Assembly: GCA_002269645.1 (NCBI GenBank)
Contig: NIVC01003408.1
Span: 1-64,000, forward strand
DNA: 64,000 nucleotides
Source: Macrostomum lignano
Lineage: Eukaryota
Direction of reading: 5' to 3'
Shown here piece by piece: positions 1 through 12,360 of this stretch. Position numbers and translations under genes: made by a program. Numbering within the stretch: the stretch's first letter is position 1; each line of letters starts with the position of its first letter. Below the pieces are notes generated by a model, which worked only from the letters and a program-made list of their open reading frames with translations, did no database searches and was not told the DNA's origin.

Positions 1-501
1 ATATGCAGCAAATGCTTATGCACATAGGAAAGATGATAATGTAGCGTATTCACTAAGTATTGTAGCGTATTGCTATAATATTCTATACATGCTTAAATCT
101 TCATATCTAGAAAGTCGTGTCCAACTAAACAACGCGCGTACACGTATAGATAGCGTACAGTACAACACTTGTATTCTAGAACTCCGCGTAAGTTACTCAC
201 TTACTATATTTGGTATTCGAACTCCTGCGCACCCTTTCTAGAACTACTTCTCAAACTTTCCGGATTCCGGAATGTTCTATTAACACGAATATAAACATAC
301 AGCACCCTAACACGCAACTATTCAACTCTCTCTTTCTTTTCCACACGGAAAACAATCAAAGCAAAACCAAAGTAAACGAACCACCGCGTTTTTCGCCTCG
401 ATTATTTCCGCAATCCTACAATAAGATTAAAATCATAAATTTTTATTCTTAGTTTACCTAATGATTTAAAGATGGCTACCATTGATTCGACAATGGATGG
501 A

Positions 502-546
502 TAACGCACGGCTTTTGAGTGCAGGGCACTCAAAAGCCGTGCGTTA
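502..546. repeat. Perfect 21-bp-arm palindrome with 3-nt loop
   Basis: taacgcacggcttttgagtgc (502-522) + agg + exact reverse complement gcactcaaaagccgtgcgtta (526-546). Confidence 0.9.
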
Positions 547-686
547 ACAGCTTTATCAGTTTCCATCTCGATCTTGGTCTTTATGGACCATAGACTGAAG
601 CGTATCTATCTATAATGTGTCGCTCTTGGCACCTCTCGACCATAGACAGGAGCACTGGGGAAAGAGTTAAAGAGAGATAGAGAAAG

Positions 687-688
<2 letters not shown>

Positions 689-730
<42 letters not shown>
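689..730. repeat. (GA)n microsatellite
   Basis: Direct reading of the AG dinucleotide run. Confidence 0.9.
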
Positions 731-735
<5 letters not shown>

Positions 736-1725
736 AAGATAGAAAGTTTTTGAGATAGCAAAATGTTACCTTAGTTGGTTTCCTAATGACTACATATCTG
801 GCTTAACCATGAACAAAACTCGACTTCAATGTAAGCTAAATGAATGAAACAACAAGGTAGAGAAAGAAATGCATGAAGATTTGAATAACTCTTGACAAGC
901 TCCGTTTTGCCACTGCCTAACAACTCTGTTTGATTCCCGTTGATCATCTGGAAGCAATAAGAATTATATAAAGGTGAGCAAAATTAGTACATTAACGACA
1001 CCTGTGATGATCATAATAATAATTCTTTCATTTCTTGGTCTGTTGCGAATTCAAATCAAGGATGTAGTAAAACTTTACTAATGCCACTTTAATGTCTTTG
1101 TCTATCTTTTGTTGCAATTCTGTCTGTGATACAAGCTGTAGTTTACTTCTTAACTTTGTTTCTTATAATTCATCTAGTTACTGGCAAATAAACATCCTAC
1201 TCAGCTAGTTTGCGTGCCGTTGCCGGGGCACTTAACTTCTGTTGTTGCCCAGCAACAGATAGCACCATGCCACACAGTCAAAATTCCAAAAAAATGACAG
1301 AAAAATAATATCGGAGACCAAAAGCACGCAAACTGTTTGTAATCGAATATTTATTCTCATAGACAATTTAGACTAGATAATCCCACAGTAACTGTGAAAA
1401 CAATACAATAGAAATATGGGAACATCTAATATTCTTGTGCTTAAAAGCTGACGACTTCCTCATATCCTTACTTCCGTCGCTTCCAAAGTGCCGCATTTAT
1501 AAATAGCATATAGTTGTACTCGCAGGAGCCTTGTTGGCGCACTGGCGCAACAGCTTCGGCGGCGACATGGTCTCACCACACAAGCAAAAACCACGTCCCA
1601 GAATTATTCCCATTCCTGAGCACATTCAGTCCGTGTTTACCACTGGGCTACCCCCGTCCCCACATCCAAGTGAATTTTTTATTAACATGAAACCAAAAGC
1701 TGTGTTCACGCGCTAACATTCAGCA

Positions 1726-2805
1726 TCAGGTGCTTTCAAGACGCATGATCACAGTCGGCCCAACGGCGGTGCTGCGTTGTCGCCAGCACTTTGGGAGCTG
1801 CAGCAGCCGCCTGTAGGCGGAGCGGAACTGCGTGCTGGACAGGGCATACACAAACGGGTTGACGGCGCTGTTGGCGTGGCTCAGCAGAATTGCGCCAACA
1901 AGCAGCTCGTACGGGTAGATGCAGGCCTCCGAGCACATCAGGCTGACAGCGTTGAGGCAGTGCAGTGGCAGCCAGCACAGAAAGAAGAGAAGCACAACTA
2001 CAGCGAGGCTCCTTGCTGCTCTGCGCTCACTTAGTGAAAGCTTGCCTCCCTGGTTGCTATCGTTACTTCCAGCAGCGTCAACTGCAGTTCTATTGGCGGT
2101 ACAGAACTCAGAATCGCCTCGTTGAGCTTTTACGCTTTCTATTTGAGCACTGGCTCTGCCTATGAGAGCTTTGAAGATGCAGCCGTACACAACGCCGACA
2201 ACAAGCAGCGGAGGCAGGACGCACACGAAGAAGTTGAAATAAACCATGAAATTCATGTCGATGACAGCCACAAAGCTGCACTGACCGTTGGCAGGAGGGC
2301 CCAGATTCCAGCCCATCAGTGGCAGGTTCCCAGCCAGTAGGCCTGCCAGCCAGGTCGCCAGGCAAATGATGGAGATCCACCGACTCGAGCTGAGACGCCG
2401 GTACCTCAGTGGCATGAATACGGCTGTGAATCGTTCCAGCGATATTGCCAGCATGCCGAATATGCTCACCTGGGTGAGGCTTACTATTAAAGAGTTTAAA
2501 ATTAGGCAGCCATTGAAATCATTTCTTGGAAAGCCATTCTCTGAGACCAGGGAGATGGGGATGGCCACGCTGCCAACTAGGAAATCCGTAGCAGCCAGGT
2601 TGGCTACCAGGTAGTTGGTTGGCTTGCGCATGGCCGGGTTCAACATTACGACTGCCACCGTGAGAGAGTTGCCCGCGATGGCGGTGGCCGAGATGACCGC
2701 CTCCAAGGCGAGTCGGACAACGTTGAGGGCGCTCAGCGGTGAGGCTTCGGTGGAGCCTGGCTCGGTCCTGGTTTGAGCAGTTTTAGGACTTAAGACAGAT
2801 CTCAT
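1726..2805 (-). CDS. AdoR: Adenosine receptor-like class A GPCR, intronless, 359 aa
   Basis: Seven hydrophobic helices with adenosine-receptor signatures: TM1 LEAVI..AI.GN, TM2 AIP, TM3 LTQVSIFGMLAISLERF, TM5 MNFMVYFNFFVCVLPPL, TM6 CWLPLHCLN, TM7 ILLSHANSAVNPFVY. AATAAA on the minus strand at 1678-1683. Confidence 0.9.
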   Translation of the reverse strand: MRSVLSPKTAQTRTEPGSTEASPLSALNVVRLALEAVISATAIAGNSLTVAVVMLNPAMRKPTNYLVANLAATDFLVGSVAIPISLVSENGFPRNDFNGCLILNSLIVSLTQVSIFGMLAISLERFTAVFMPLRYRRLSSSRWISIICLATWLAGLLAGNLPLMGWNLGPPANGQCSFVAVIDMNFMVYFNFFVCVLPPLLVVGVVYGCIFKALIGRASAQIESVKAQRGDSEFCTANRTAVDAAGSNDSNQGGKLSLSERRAARSLAVVVLLFFLCWLPLHCLNAVSLMCSEACIYPYELLVGAILLSHANSAVNPFVYALSSTQFRSAYRRLLQLPKCWRQRSTAVGPTVIMRLEST

Positions 2806-3689
2806 GTGAATAAATGGCCAGACAACTCATTCTTAGTATATACGCCAAGGACTACCAGGCTAGAAGGACGAAACACTTACAAAACGTAGACAATTAGTTA
2901 AGACCGGTTATTAAAATGTCTTTTCGGTTGCGTGTAGAAAGTTACTTTGGTCGCCAGCTTGTTTAGATTTTTGTATAAGACAACGAAAATGGGCCTTCAA
3001 CTATTTTTACACGAATCGAGACTGTAACGTCCTTCTATAACGAAGTATTCCTAGTAGTCATTGATATACGCTCGTCGAATGGAGAAGCATCTGTTTCATT
3101 CGAAGTGCCTGATGAGACAATAGACGTACGATTGCTGTAACTTACGCGTTTGTCATTGAATCGTTCATTCCGATGCTTGGCTTGGTTTAGTAAGCTGTGT
3201 CAGACCCTAATGTTAAATTGAATTAATGGAAGGTCTCGTACAAGTCCAGTTAAATTTCTCAGAAAGCACAGCACAGGCAAGAAAGTCTTAGAAGTCATGG
3301 TAGTAGATGGTTATATGGGAGTTGATTGGTGACAGGATATTTCAACTAACCCCAGTGCGTGATTGGCAGGAATGATTATTAGGAATTTCATCATTGGAAC
3401 TGCTGAACCCAATCAAATCTTTCATTTTGCCTTTCACTATGAATTCCTCTTATGAATTATGAATCCTTCTTTCGACATAGGCAACGATGATTCAATTCGG
3501 ACTTCCTCTGGCATGCAATCAATGACATTCATCTGGTCGCTTTTTATCAAACTCTCTACATTTTCTAATATTTGTTCATGGCAAATAATCTTGGCTTCTG
3601 CCTGCACAAGCCATATTGTATGGAAAGGGAGAGTGTACTGCTAAAAAGGTTTAAAGGGTTTCGACAATGTAAAAAAAATATTCAGTCCA

Positions 3690-4051
3690 CTGTATCCCCC
3701 ACTTGCCCCGGGCGAACGTCTATGGTCTCAGTGTAAATTTCATTTATTTGCATCGGTGCAAATAAACGGTTTATTTCACTCGCCGAAAGACAATACATTA
3801 AAACGCTGCTTCTAAATGCTCACTTGGCTACATAGAGAGAATTGTCTAAAACATTCACCGCATGTCTGAATCTGCAGAATATGGTATAGATTTGCTATAG
3901 ACCATAGACATCAAATCATTCTGATGTGATGGATACATCACATATTCCCCGTTAATACCAAGTGTCTAGGGCAAAAATGCTTTCGTGCCTCGCTTAACAA
4001 GTCACTCAAGCATTTATTGCCCTAGCACTGGTATAAATGGGGAATATATAC
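3690..4051. repeat. Dispersed repeat (MITE-like), copy A; includes an imperfect hairpin at 3942-4047
   Basis: Reverse complement matches 53491-53840 (e.g. tgtatcccccacttgccccgggcgaac...atggtctcagtgtaaatttcatttatttgcatcggtgca). Internal arms atattcccc..atacca..gtg.ctagggcaa..aatgc and their reverse complement. Confidence 0.8.
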
Positions 4052-4201
4052 TGTCCGTCAAAAGTTCCGGAACCCTTGCTACGATGTCTTCTAGCGGACA
4101 TAATTTCAGTCCGTTTCAATTGTAACTTGATTCAAATGAAAGCTGCAGATCTCAGCTCCATGATGTGGTCAAGAAAAAGTTTATTCGAAGGAGCGTGTGT
4201 G

Positions 4202-5744
4202 AACAGGCCAGTGTTATGTACATAAAGGTTAGAGAAAAAAGTGAGGAAAAGACAAACAAGCAATTGTCTATGGTTGCTGAGTCTATGGAGCAAACACACA
4301 GGGCTATTTACACACTTGCTGCCGGCACACAAAAACAGATGGCGTCCTGAATTTAAACTGTCGCATTGTCGTCCTGCAGCAGGAACCCCTGACCAACGCT
4401 CGCCAGCCCAAAGGGAACCGCAACATCACGTAGAACTGCTGCGTACCTTGCGCCCGTCATGGTGCCGTCAATCACTTCGACGGAGGACAGGTGGTTCCAT
4501 GATGCTGCAGCCCAGACCATCACCGACCCGCCACTGCCACCGCGCCTCGATACCCACTGCACTGCGTCCTGTTGCTCGTAGCGAGAGTTGCGCTGGCGCC
4601 ACACGCGAATTCTCCCATCATTCCAATGCACACAGAATCTCTCGTCTCTTGTCTCTCGTCGGTGAACACCACCAGCCGCCACTGCTGTTGAGCCGACCAA
4701 AAGCGATGCTCGTGACACCACTGCAGCCGTGCGGCTCTGTGAGCTGCTGACAGAGCAGGGAACTTTAAACTTCGATAGCTGTCGAGTCCTGCGGCTCGAA
4801 GTCGACGGGAGATGGTTTTTTATTAGAGGCAGGGGGTTGTGTGCACCCTGGCGCACTTTAAGCGACATAGGCACACAACCGGCGAGAGGCATTACTACCC
4901 ATTCGCCGACTCCCCTGAGCAGGCATACAAGCGCGCGGATACGTACGCAGGCACACACTCACACAGGAGTGTACAGCGGCCCTAACTTTATATTATCGTT
5001 AGCATGTACACTTCACTGCGCCTTGGGGGTTGGCTCTCAAGACCGTTAATTGCACGAGCAGAGCCAAGCCGAGATTCCAGTTCAGCCCCAAATTAATGTG
5101 ACTGCACTTGGAATCGAGCCTGGGTCGCTGGCACACCAGAGCAGCTGCGCTACCGCTGGGCTACGGCCCCCCTGACGGGAGATGGTGGACTGCGACACCG
5201 TGACATGCAAACCGTCGCTCAAATTTCTCTGCAATGTCGGCAGGCTCACGAAAGGGTCATTCCTGGCAATGTTTGCAACGAAGTTATTGCTGGCTGCATC
5301 CATCACACGAGGCCGTCCTGATTTCGGCAAGTTGTCAACAAAGCCACTGGTCGCAAATTTGGACGCGTAACGCTGCACAGTCGTCAGTGGCACGTCAAGA
5401 TGAGCAGCGGTTCGTTTCAGCGACCATCCGGCATCCTGTCGTAACGTCACAATTCTCCACCGCGTCTCAGTGCTAACAACCGGCATTTTGCTAAGCTGGC
5501 TTGTTGACGTAGACCCTGTTTTTTACTCTCCCATGAAAGCTGACTGCACAAGAATCCATAAGAGCCTGTTGATTTCAACACAAGTTTTGGCCATAGACTA
5601 ATGTTAGCCAGGCTGAACACTGCGCGCAAACCGATTCCTTCCCATGTGTGTTTGCTCCATAGACTCAGCAACCATAGACAATAGCTTGTTTGTCTTTTCC
5701 TCACTTTTTTTCTCTAACCTTTATGTACATAACACTGGCCTGTT
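4202..5744 (-). mobile_element. Tc1/mariner-type DNA transposon with ~100-bp TIRs; transposase disrupted
   Basis: TIRs 4202-4303 and 5641-5744. Minus-strand transposase from ATG 5486: HTH N-terminus (SGRPR), WRLVVFTDE, DGRIRVWR, GGSVMVW, LLQDDNA. Interrupted by a SINE and a small frameshifting duplication after TDE, and truncated before the catalytic Glu. Confidence 0.85.
4817..5173 (-). mobile_element. tRNA-derived SINE (family 1) inserted in the Tc1 transposase
   Basis: Minus strand starts GGGGCCGTAGCCCAGCGG (A box) ... GGCTCGATTCC (B box), with an A-rich tail. 13-bp TSD gacgggagatggt at 4804-4816 and 5174-5186. Near-identical copy at 25462-25827. Confidence 0.9.
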
Positions 5745-5989
5745 TTATGAATTTTATGAAATCAAACGAAAAATCCTGTATTATTGATATCCTGGTATAA
5801 TGTTTTGTATATGTTAGTCTATGAAGTTAATTTTCATAGCTAGTGCCCCAAAGCAAAACACGAAGACGCGATGTTGGCGAAAGCGAAAGCAGCAGTGAGA
5901 TGTCCAAAGCCACAGCAACGAAGCGGAGGGAAAGCGAACAAAGGAAAAACGGGAACTTTGAAAAGTTAAATGTCAACGTCAAAAGAGAG

Positions 5990-7755
5990 TGCCTACACCT
6001 CTAGCAAACACGACGGAAGCTGCCAAGCCCTGCTGCGAATTAGGAAGATTCCACTGCACTGCGTTGCTCTTCCAGTCCCCAATCTGCATAATGTCGGGCA
6101 CCGGCACACCCAACACCGAAGCCCAGTCGCGCCGCCACGGCGGAGGCTGTGGGCTGGGCTGACGCTTGAAGCCCTCTGCACCCAACTTGTCAGCTAGGAA
6201 GCAATCGAGTTGCCTGCCCGTCAACAGCCGCTTATTGCCTCCGGCGTCGCGTCGTGAACAGGGGTGCATCCTGTTGTGGCCGCTGGCCAAATGAATGAAA
6301 TCAATTCACTTGAGACGAAGGAGAGGAGAGGAGAGGTAGCTCTCAGCTATAGTGAGCTAGCCAATATATATTATCTGACTGATACTCATAGATGTACATC
6401 AGTGCGCGTACATTGCATAATAGCATTGAGCATGCACATTCACAACACATCCGCCAAATGCAGATTATTGAATCGTGCGTGCTGCTCGATCGCCAACATC
6501 GGGAACGCTCCGCCTCACTAGCCTTGCAAAAGCACCTGGTGCACTCGCTCTTTGAACTGGATAGTCTTCCCTTGGTCCAGGCGCAAGATAAGACCCAGCG
6601 GATGTCGAAAGACGTCAGCGCAGCGCACACGTGCCGGACCTTTTCCTGAAGTTGGCAGCACACAAGATTTTTGAAGCATGCCCACCAACAGCAGATGGTG
6701 ACTGCCCAGCATGCAAGCAGAAAACCGTCAGAACGACTGACTCGCTGTTGAATCTCCCGCAACATGAGCGGCGATACTGGTCGTTTTCTCGACACCCGAC
6801 ATCCCAGCTCTCGTTTGGCACCTCGCAGGAGGAGAGTGGTGGCGGCATGCTTTGTCAGATCTGGTGCAGAGTTGACGCGAAACCATACAGACAGCGAGCT
6901 GGAGACAAAAGCAACGCTGCCGTACGCACGCAAACGCATCCCGACTAGGCTGGGCAGGTAGTCGAGCAGTCTGTTCAGCGGACAGGAGACAGGACTGCAG
7001 CTGTTCTGCTTGCAGTAAGCTTCCCACTCACGGATGTGCCTTGCCACCGCCTGTCTCGACCGTGGTGGAGACGCCTAGCAGCGACGCGGCCTGGCGGCTG
7101 AGAGAGTCTGCATGGCGCAGCTGGACGGCCTGAAAATGAAGAAAGTGGGCAGAGGCAGGGCAGAAAGCATGTCGACGCATTGATTGCAAAGCAAACGGGC
7201 ACAAGTTGCCATAGCAACGAAATAAAAAATTAATCAACTGACTGCGCTCGTGCAACCGAGACGCTGCATCGGCGAGAATTTAAAACTCTCCCGGCACATG
7301 AAAGGCTCGAACTCTCAGACCATGCCGTAATGACATCAGCGCAATAGTCTGCAGCAACCTTTGCACGACGGGACACCTCGAAGTGCCATTGTTGATAATA
7401 TGACAGGCCGCCATGTTGTCACAATAAACGCTAACATTACAGCCTTCCAGCTCTTCCCTCCAGCGCAGTATTGACAGCAGAGGAGCCACCGCCTCTTTGT
7501 AGTTGATCGGCAGATCAGCGAACACTCCGGCCGCGTCTTGGCTCCAATTGACGTAGCAAGGCCCGTTTGCTGATCTTGGTTTTGCTCCTTTCAGTTGCTA
7601 ACAGCTCAGCCAGGTTCCACGCCTTCTCCTCGGGCAACCTCTTGATGCCAGCCACCGTATCGAACTCGACACCAAGGAAAGTCATGCGCTGAGTTGGTGC
7701 CTGACTTTTCGCGCAGTTCACAGTGAAGCCCAGCCGCGTCAAAAGTATCATTTTT
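5990..7755 (-). mobile_element. Decayed DIRS/Ngaro-type tyrosine-recombinase retrotransposon (RT end, RNase H, YR)
   Basis: RT C-terminus LGFTVNCAKSQAPTQRMTFLGVEFDT (7515-7751); RNase H INYKE..VYCDN..INNGTSR (7280-7525); recombinase LLLRGAKR..RKRP, KTIQFKER, HSLRRGGAT, GDWKSNAV across frameshifted pieces. Confidence 0.85.
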
Positions 7756-8689
7756 CAATATTTATCTGCGCTGTTTTTTTCGACGCAACTTGCCATGCCT
7801 CAGTTCGACATGACACTTAGTGGTATCCGCGACTTGCTTTGCAAAGAGATGCGATGACTGAGGCTGGAAGTGAAGACATGGATGTCGCGACTTTTTTTAG
7901 TCAATTCTTCAGTTCACCTTCACTTGTCTTTGTTTATTCTGATTTCTCTCCCTCTCTGTCTAGCTCAAATCTTGTTATTCTTTCTCTCTCCCTCGCTGCC
8001 TTCTGATTGGCTCTTCATTCTCGCCTCTTTCCTCAGTCTCGCACTCCATCCCTTGTCCTATCTTGCACCCAACCCCCACTCCCTAATTTTCAAAGAGTTA
8101 AATTCACCGCCAGACTTTGGACGCTTGTTTATTCAGTTTACGTAATGTTTATGTTGTTTAAAGCTGAAAGTGTTTCTTTTGATTGTCTTGTGTTTGTTTA
8201 GAATTTCCTATGTGGTTCTGCAAGTGGAACAGTAAGGAGAGAAAGTCCATAGACAATTTTGGCTGACTGAATTGAAAGGGCTCTGTTTGAATATGAAAGA
8301 GAGAGTGTCTCAATCGAATTTCTGCAAGCACTGTGTTTCATAGACAGTGTCTGAATTGCTGTTCCGATTGTTTGAATTGAAAGGGAGTTTGGTCATAATA
8401 GGCGGTAAAATGGTACAAGTACTCGCAGAAAAGCACCCGAAACTCAAACAAATCAACCTTGAAAGTCCTTCCTTTTATATTTTCTTTCTCGTAAAAAACG
8501 TATAAGGGAAAACTAAAACCTTTATACTCGAATTGTGGTACGGGGCGTGCCCTCGACGGCCGCAATGGCGCCGACCTAGAGGAATCGGATCGGATCGGAT
8601 GAAATCGATGAAAATTTGAAGCTATGGATTTCACTCAGACAGATCTCTAGACACATTCATTAGATTACGAGTTGCGCTCGCAATGCACG

Positions 8690-8860
8690 GGCAACGTATT
8701 TTCCCTCAAATTGAAGCATAATATGCCTTTTAGCGATGGAACAGCATCGCATGTCAGTGCTCAAACGAGCGGTGGAGGCCGCGATGAATGTCATCACCCA
8801 ACAGAAGTGCATTCAGTGGGTGAGCCATGCACACCGGAGGTTGTCTAGAGCTGGTCGACA
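8690..8860 (+). pseudogene. C-terminal fragment of a Tc1/IS630-like transposase
   Basis: Frames read NVFS.KLKHN and LKRAVEAAMNVITQQKCIQWVSHA, resembling the post-catalytic helix of this family. Short, recognised by motif only. Confidence 0.4.
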
Positions 8861-11499
8861 TCTGTGACTGAATGACAACCGACATCTCTCTTCATTTCAG
8901 TGGCTAATGTGTCTGTGTGCACATATGCTGTGTTCATCGCAGGTTTGGTTTGTCAATTGCTCAAGCTGGGGTCGTGATGGGACATTGATAGGCGCGAGTT
9001 TCCCCGAGCAAAATACAGTATAGATTACAGTTTTGACAAACTGGATCGTAAAAAGGTATTTTATAATAAATTCCTACGTTTTCCAACTGTAGCCTAAAGC
9101 ATTCATTTAAAAACGTTTTTTAGCAAGCATCAAAATGAAACCCAATATTTTGTTTACACGAAGAGACTCCATGAGTTTCTACAACTGAGCGTGCTGTCAG
9201 TCACAGAGCAGCCCTTAAAGCTGATATAAGTGACTGGGATGTAACGAGCCTTTGATGCTCTCGGAGGCCTCCAATTCTTGTTTCTCAAGCATCTACATGT
9301 AACTAAATCGGCGCTCGTCTTTCACATTGGCAGATAGTCTTTCGGCCTTGTTGCTGACCTTGAACTAAAAACGCCCCGGGTTGCTAGTTAAGAGAGGAGA
9401 CGGGGCAGCTGAGTTGTTTATGCGCCTGACTCCGGCACCAGAGTACCCTGAATCAAAATCAGGGCTCGTGAATCAAAACTTGCTTGACATGTCTGACGAT
9501 AAGAAAGTCAGGAACACTGAACACCCTTTGAGAGCGTATGCTTACTCGGCGTCAGCGGAATCGGCAGGGCTGCTTGCCTCGTGGCTCGTTGTGCGTCAAC
9601 TGTCCACTTGATTATCGGCAGTTACTGTCACTTCTAGTACACCTGCTTTACCTTATATTGAGTGAGGTGCAGGCTTGGGCCTATGTCGGATCCATCTCAG
9701 AATGCGTGTGTAAGAATGCTCATCATTCAGAATCGAAAGACTAGTGAAGAGCCCTATGTCATTTCAAATACAGTCCAAAAAAACAAAACTCCAAAACTCA
9801 ATGCGACGCACAAGTAAAAGAAATGCCCAGCAGACAATCAGCAAAGATTGAAGACACGAATTCCTTGGCTGCGCTGAATTGGTTTTTCTATTGTATACTT
9901 CCTGAGCTCCTCTCTGTGAAATCTAAAATACAGAGCTCATGGCTAGGCATATAAGATCAATTGCTGAAAAAATAATAAAAAGATGAAAAAAGCCATGCTT
10001 AGTCTCAGGTTTAACGAATCGATGTTTTGGGAATAACTGATATCCTTGATATTGTCGATTGGGTAGCTACTTTAAGCTAGCTATCTTGAATTTCTCGGCA
10101 GCCTCTTGACATTGAATAGTGGGGCTAAATCTTTTTTATCGATGTAGCCAATACCCCCAGAATATTTGCTACACTTCATCCACAACTAATAAATAAACCA
10201 GAAGCTTTTCACTCATTTCCTTAATTTCCGAAGTAAAGCATCTTAGTAAATTCATAGTAAATTCACGCATCTAAATTCATGCAAACATCTTAGTAAAACA
10301 TCTTTCTACTTTCTGTTCAGTAGCAAAGAGGAATAGATAAGCTATTTTATAAAAAAAGGCTGCTGAAGTGACTTCGATATGTTTAGAAGTCCAAGCTTGC
10401 AGGCACAAAAACCTTGCTAATTGGTTCAGCAATAATGCACATTGGCCAGTCCACTGACATGTACATGGCAGCTTTAGGCTGGAATTCCGAGCAAGGCAAT
10501 AAAAATTGGGGAGTGCAGATAGGTGCGGTTGGAGGGTTTAAGCTGGGGGAGTAAGAGCCAACAGTTATTGAGCCTTGGATTTGAAAAATACACTAAAATG
10601 CTTCTGTTTAACTTACTACTGAACTGAAAGTAGCTTACACGCGAATGTGCTGAGTGGTCCATCTAGTTATTCTAGCATCCGTGGGTTCGGTCGGCGGTGC
10701 GGCCTTACGTTCGCGCTCGGGAACTCGTATTGATTGCTTATATATGAATCTAAGAAGAATCTTGCTAGAATGATTGTATTTTTATGGATGGCACATAACT
10801 AGAAGCATTAAATGGGCCATTTGTTTTATGCAATTACTTCTTTTAGGCAGGTTGTGCGCGACCTACGAACGAATTCCGCCGTGAAACTTTTTGAGACTCT
10901 GTTTTGGCCATAGACAAAAGCTCGGAATCAATGAAAAGCAGAGTAAGAGTAATGCTGAGATGCTCTTATGCGTGCAAACATATACAAAACGGTGAAGTGG
11001 TGCACTGAGTAAGTACGTTGATTGTATTCCAATAGCCAGCAGCAAGGCTTCACCTATCTGTATGTCATGAGCTCTATGCACGCCGTACATGTTTCATTAA
11101 CAAATTGACAAACTTTAGATTGTACTGCTTATGCAACAAAGATTCAAAGACTCAGTTTTAGCCACAAAAACATTGTATCATTTTGGAGGGGTTTTTAGGT
11201 GTCTACCAATGAAGCCAAATTGTTGCATGTTTCGAATGTCTATGGCCAAACCAAACTAACAAAAAACTTTATTTGATATGACATTATTAAAACAGTATGC
11301 AGCAAGGTATGAGTTAACAGGAAAAGAACAAGGAAACTTCAATAAAAAATTAGGTGAACCAAAATATCAAAATATTCAATAGTCTGTAGTGTGAGCATCT
11401 TGCTTGAATTTCTGTTGTATTAATTTCTATTAGCTAAATTGTTGTATTGTTAATAATTATTTTACTCTGTTTTAGTCACGCGTTTTCAAAGTACTTTTT

Positions 11500-12360
11500 A
11501 GTTAGAGTTTATTGTTGGTGTAAACAGGCCAAAACAACTAGACGCAATTTCAAGTCAAGAGTGACTCAGCGGAGGGTCGACAGTTTTCCAGTGTACCCTG
11601 GCTTTGCGCGGCCAGCCAATCACAATCGACCTGGACCCCTGGCACGCGGCAAAACAAGTTCTACCCGGCCTGAGAGAGCGCCGTGGGTTCAATGCAATCT
11701 GGATTAGCGAGCGGCCAGCCAGACACCCACCACCCGGCTTGAGGGGGGGGGGTTGGAAGTGACTATATATGAAAGTGTGCTTTGGCGGTCGGATCTCATT
11801 CTTCGGCTTCTTCTGTTTTCGGCTCCTCTGGTTTGTTCCATCTCCCGGCCGTCTGCCGTCTGCCATCTGCCGCGCTTTGAGGCGCTTATTCGAGTTGAGC
11901 CCCGATCTTTACTTTGTTCCCCTTGCCCGACCACAATAGCCTTGCTGGCGTAACACTCGCGATAACCTTGTCCAGAGAGTGTCATTGGCAAGCGCGGTTT
12001 AGACAGGAACTGGCGGTTTGACATAGTACGCGACCTCGATCCCGAGGGCCTCAGTGTTGCACTGAAGGGCAGATCTGGTAGAATTTGGCCAGAGATTCGC
12101 TGAACTGTTAATCCGTCAGGGTCCTAGCCTGAGAGTAGGCTTTGGGATTAGGCCAGTGTGTGTGTGGTTTAAGAACTTTCTCCGTGGTCCTTGTTCGGTT
12201 TCTCCTTCTTTTCTTCCGCTCACCAAGTTGCGTCAATCATACTTATATCAATTATTATCGTTCGAGTTTAACTGCGCTGCGAATTACGTTATTAAGAATT
12301 GTGTAACCTTATATTGATTAAATTAAAGTGTTCAAGTCTCGATTTATCAGTCATTCTTAA
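11500..12360. mobile_element. Possible LTR-like or TE terminal segment
   Basis: GC-richer island with CCAATCAC, a TATATAT box near 11764 and a downstream AT-rich polyA-like region. No TSD or partner copy found. Confidence 0.2.

Noticed and set aside
5095-5170. tRNA genes (also ~23231, ~25750-25827, ~39681, ~14790)
   Set aside because: A/B boxes continue into shared 250-300-bp bodies with tails, two with TSDs: these are SINE heads, not tRNAs.
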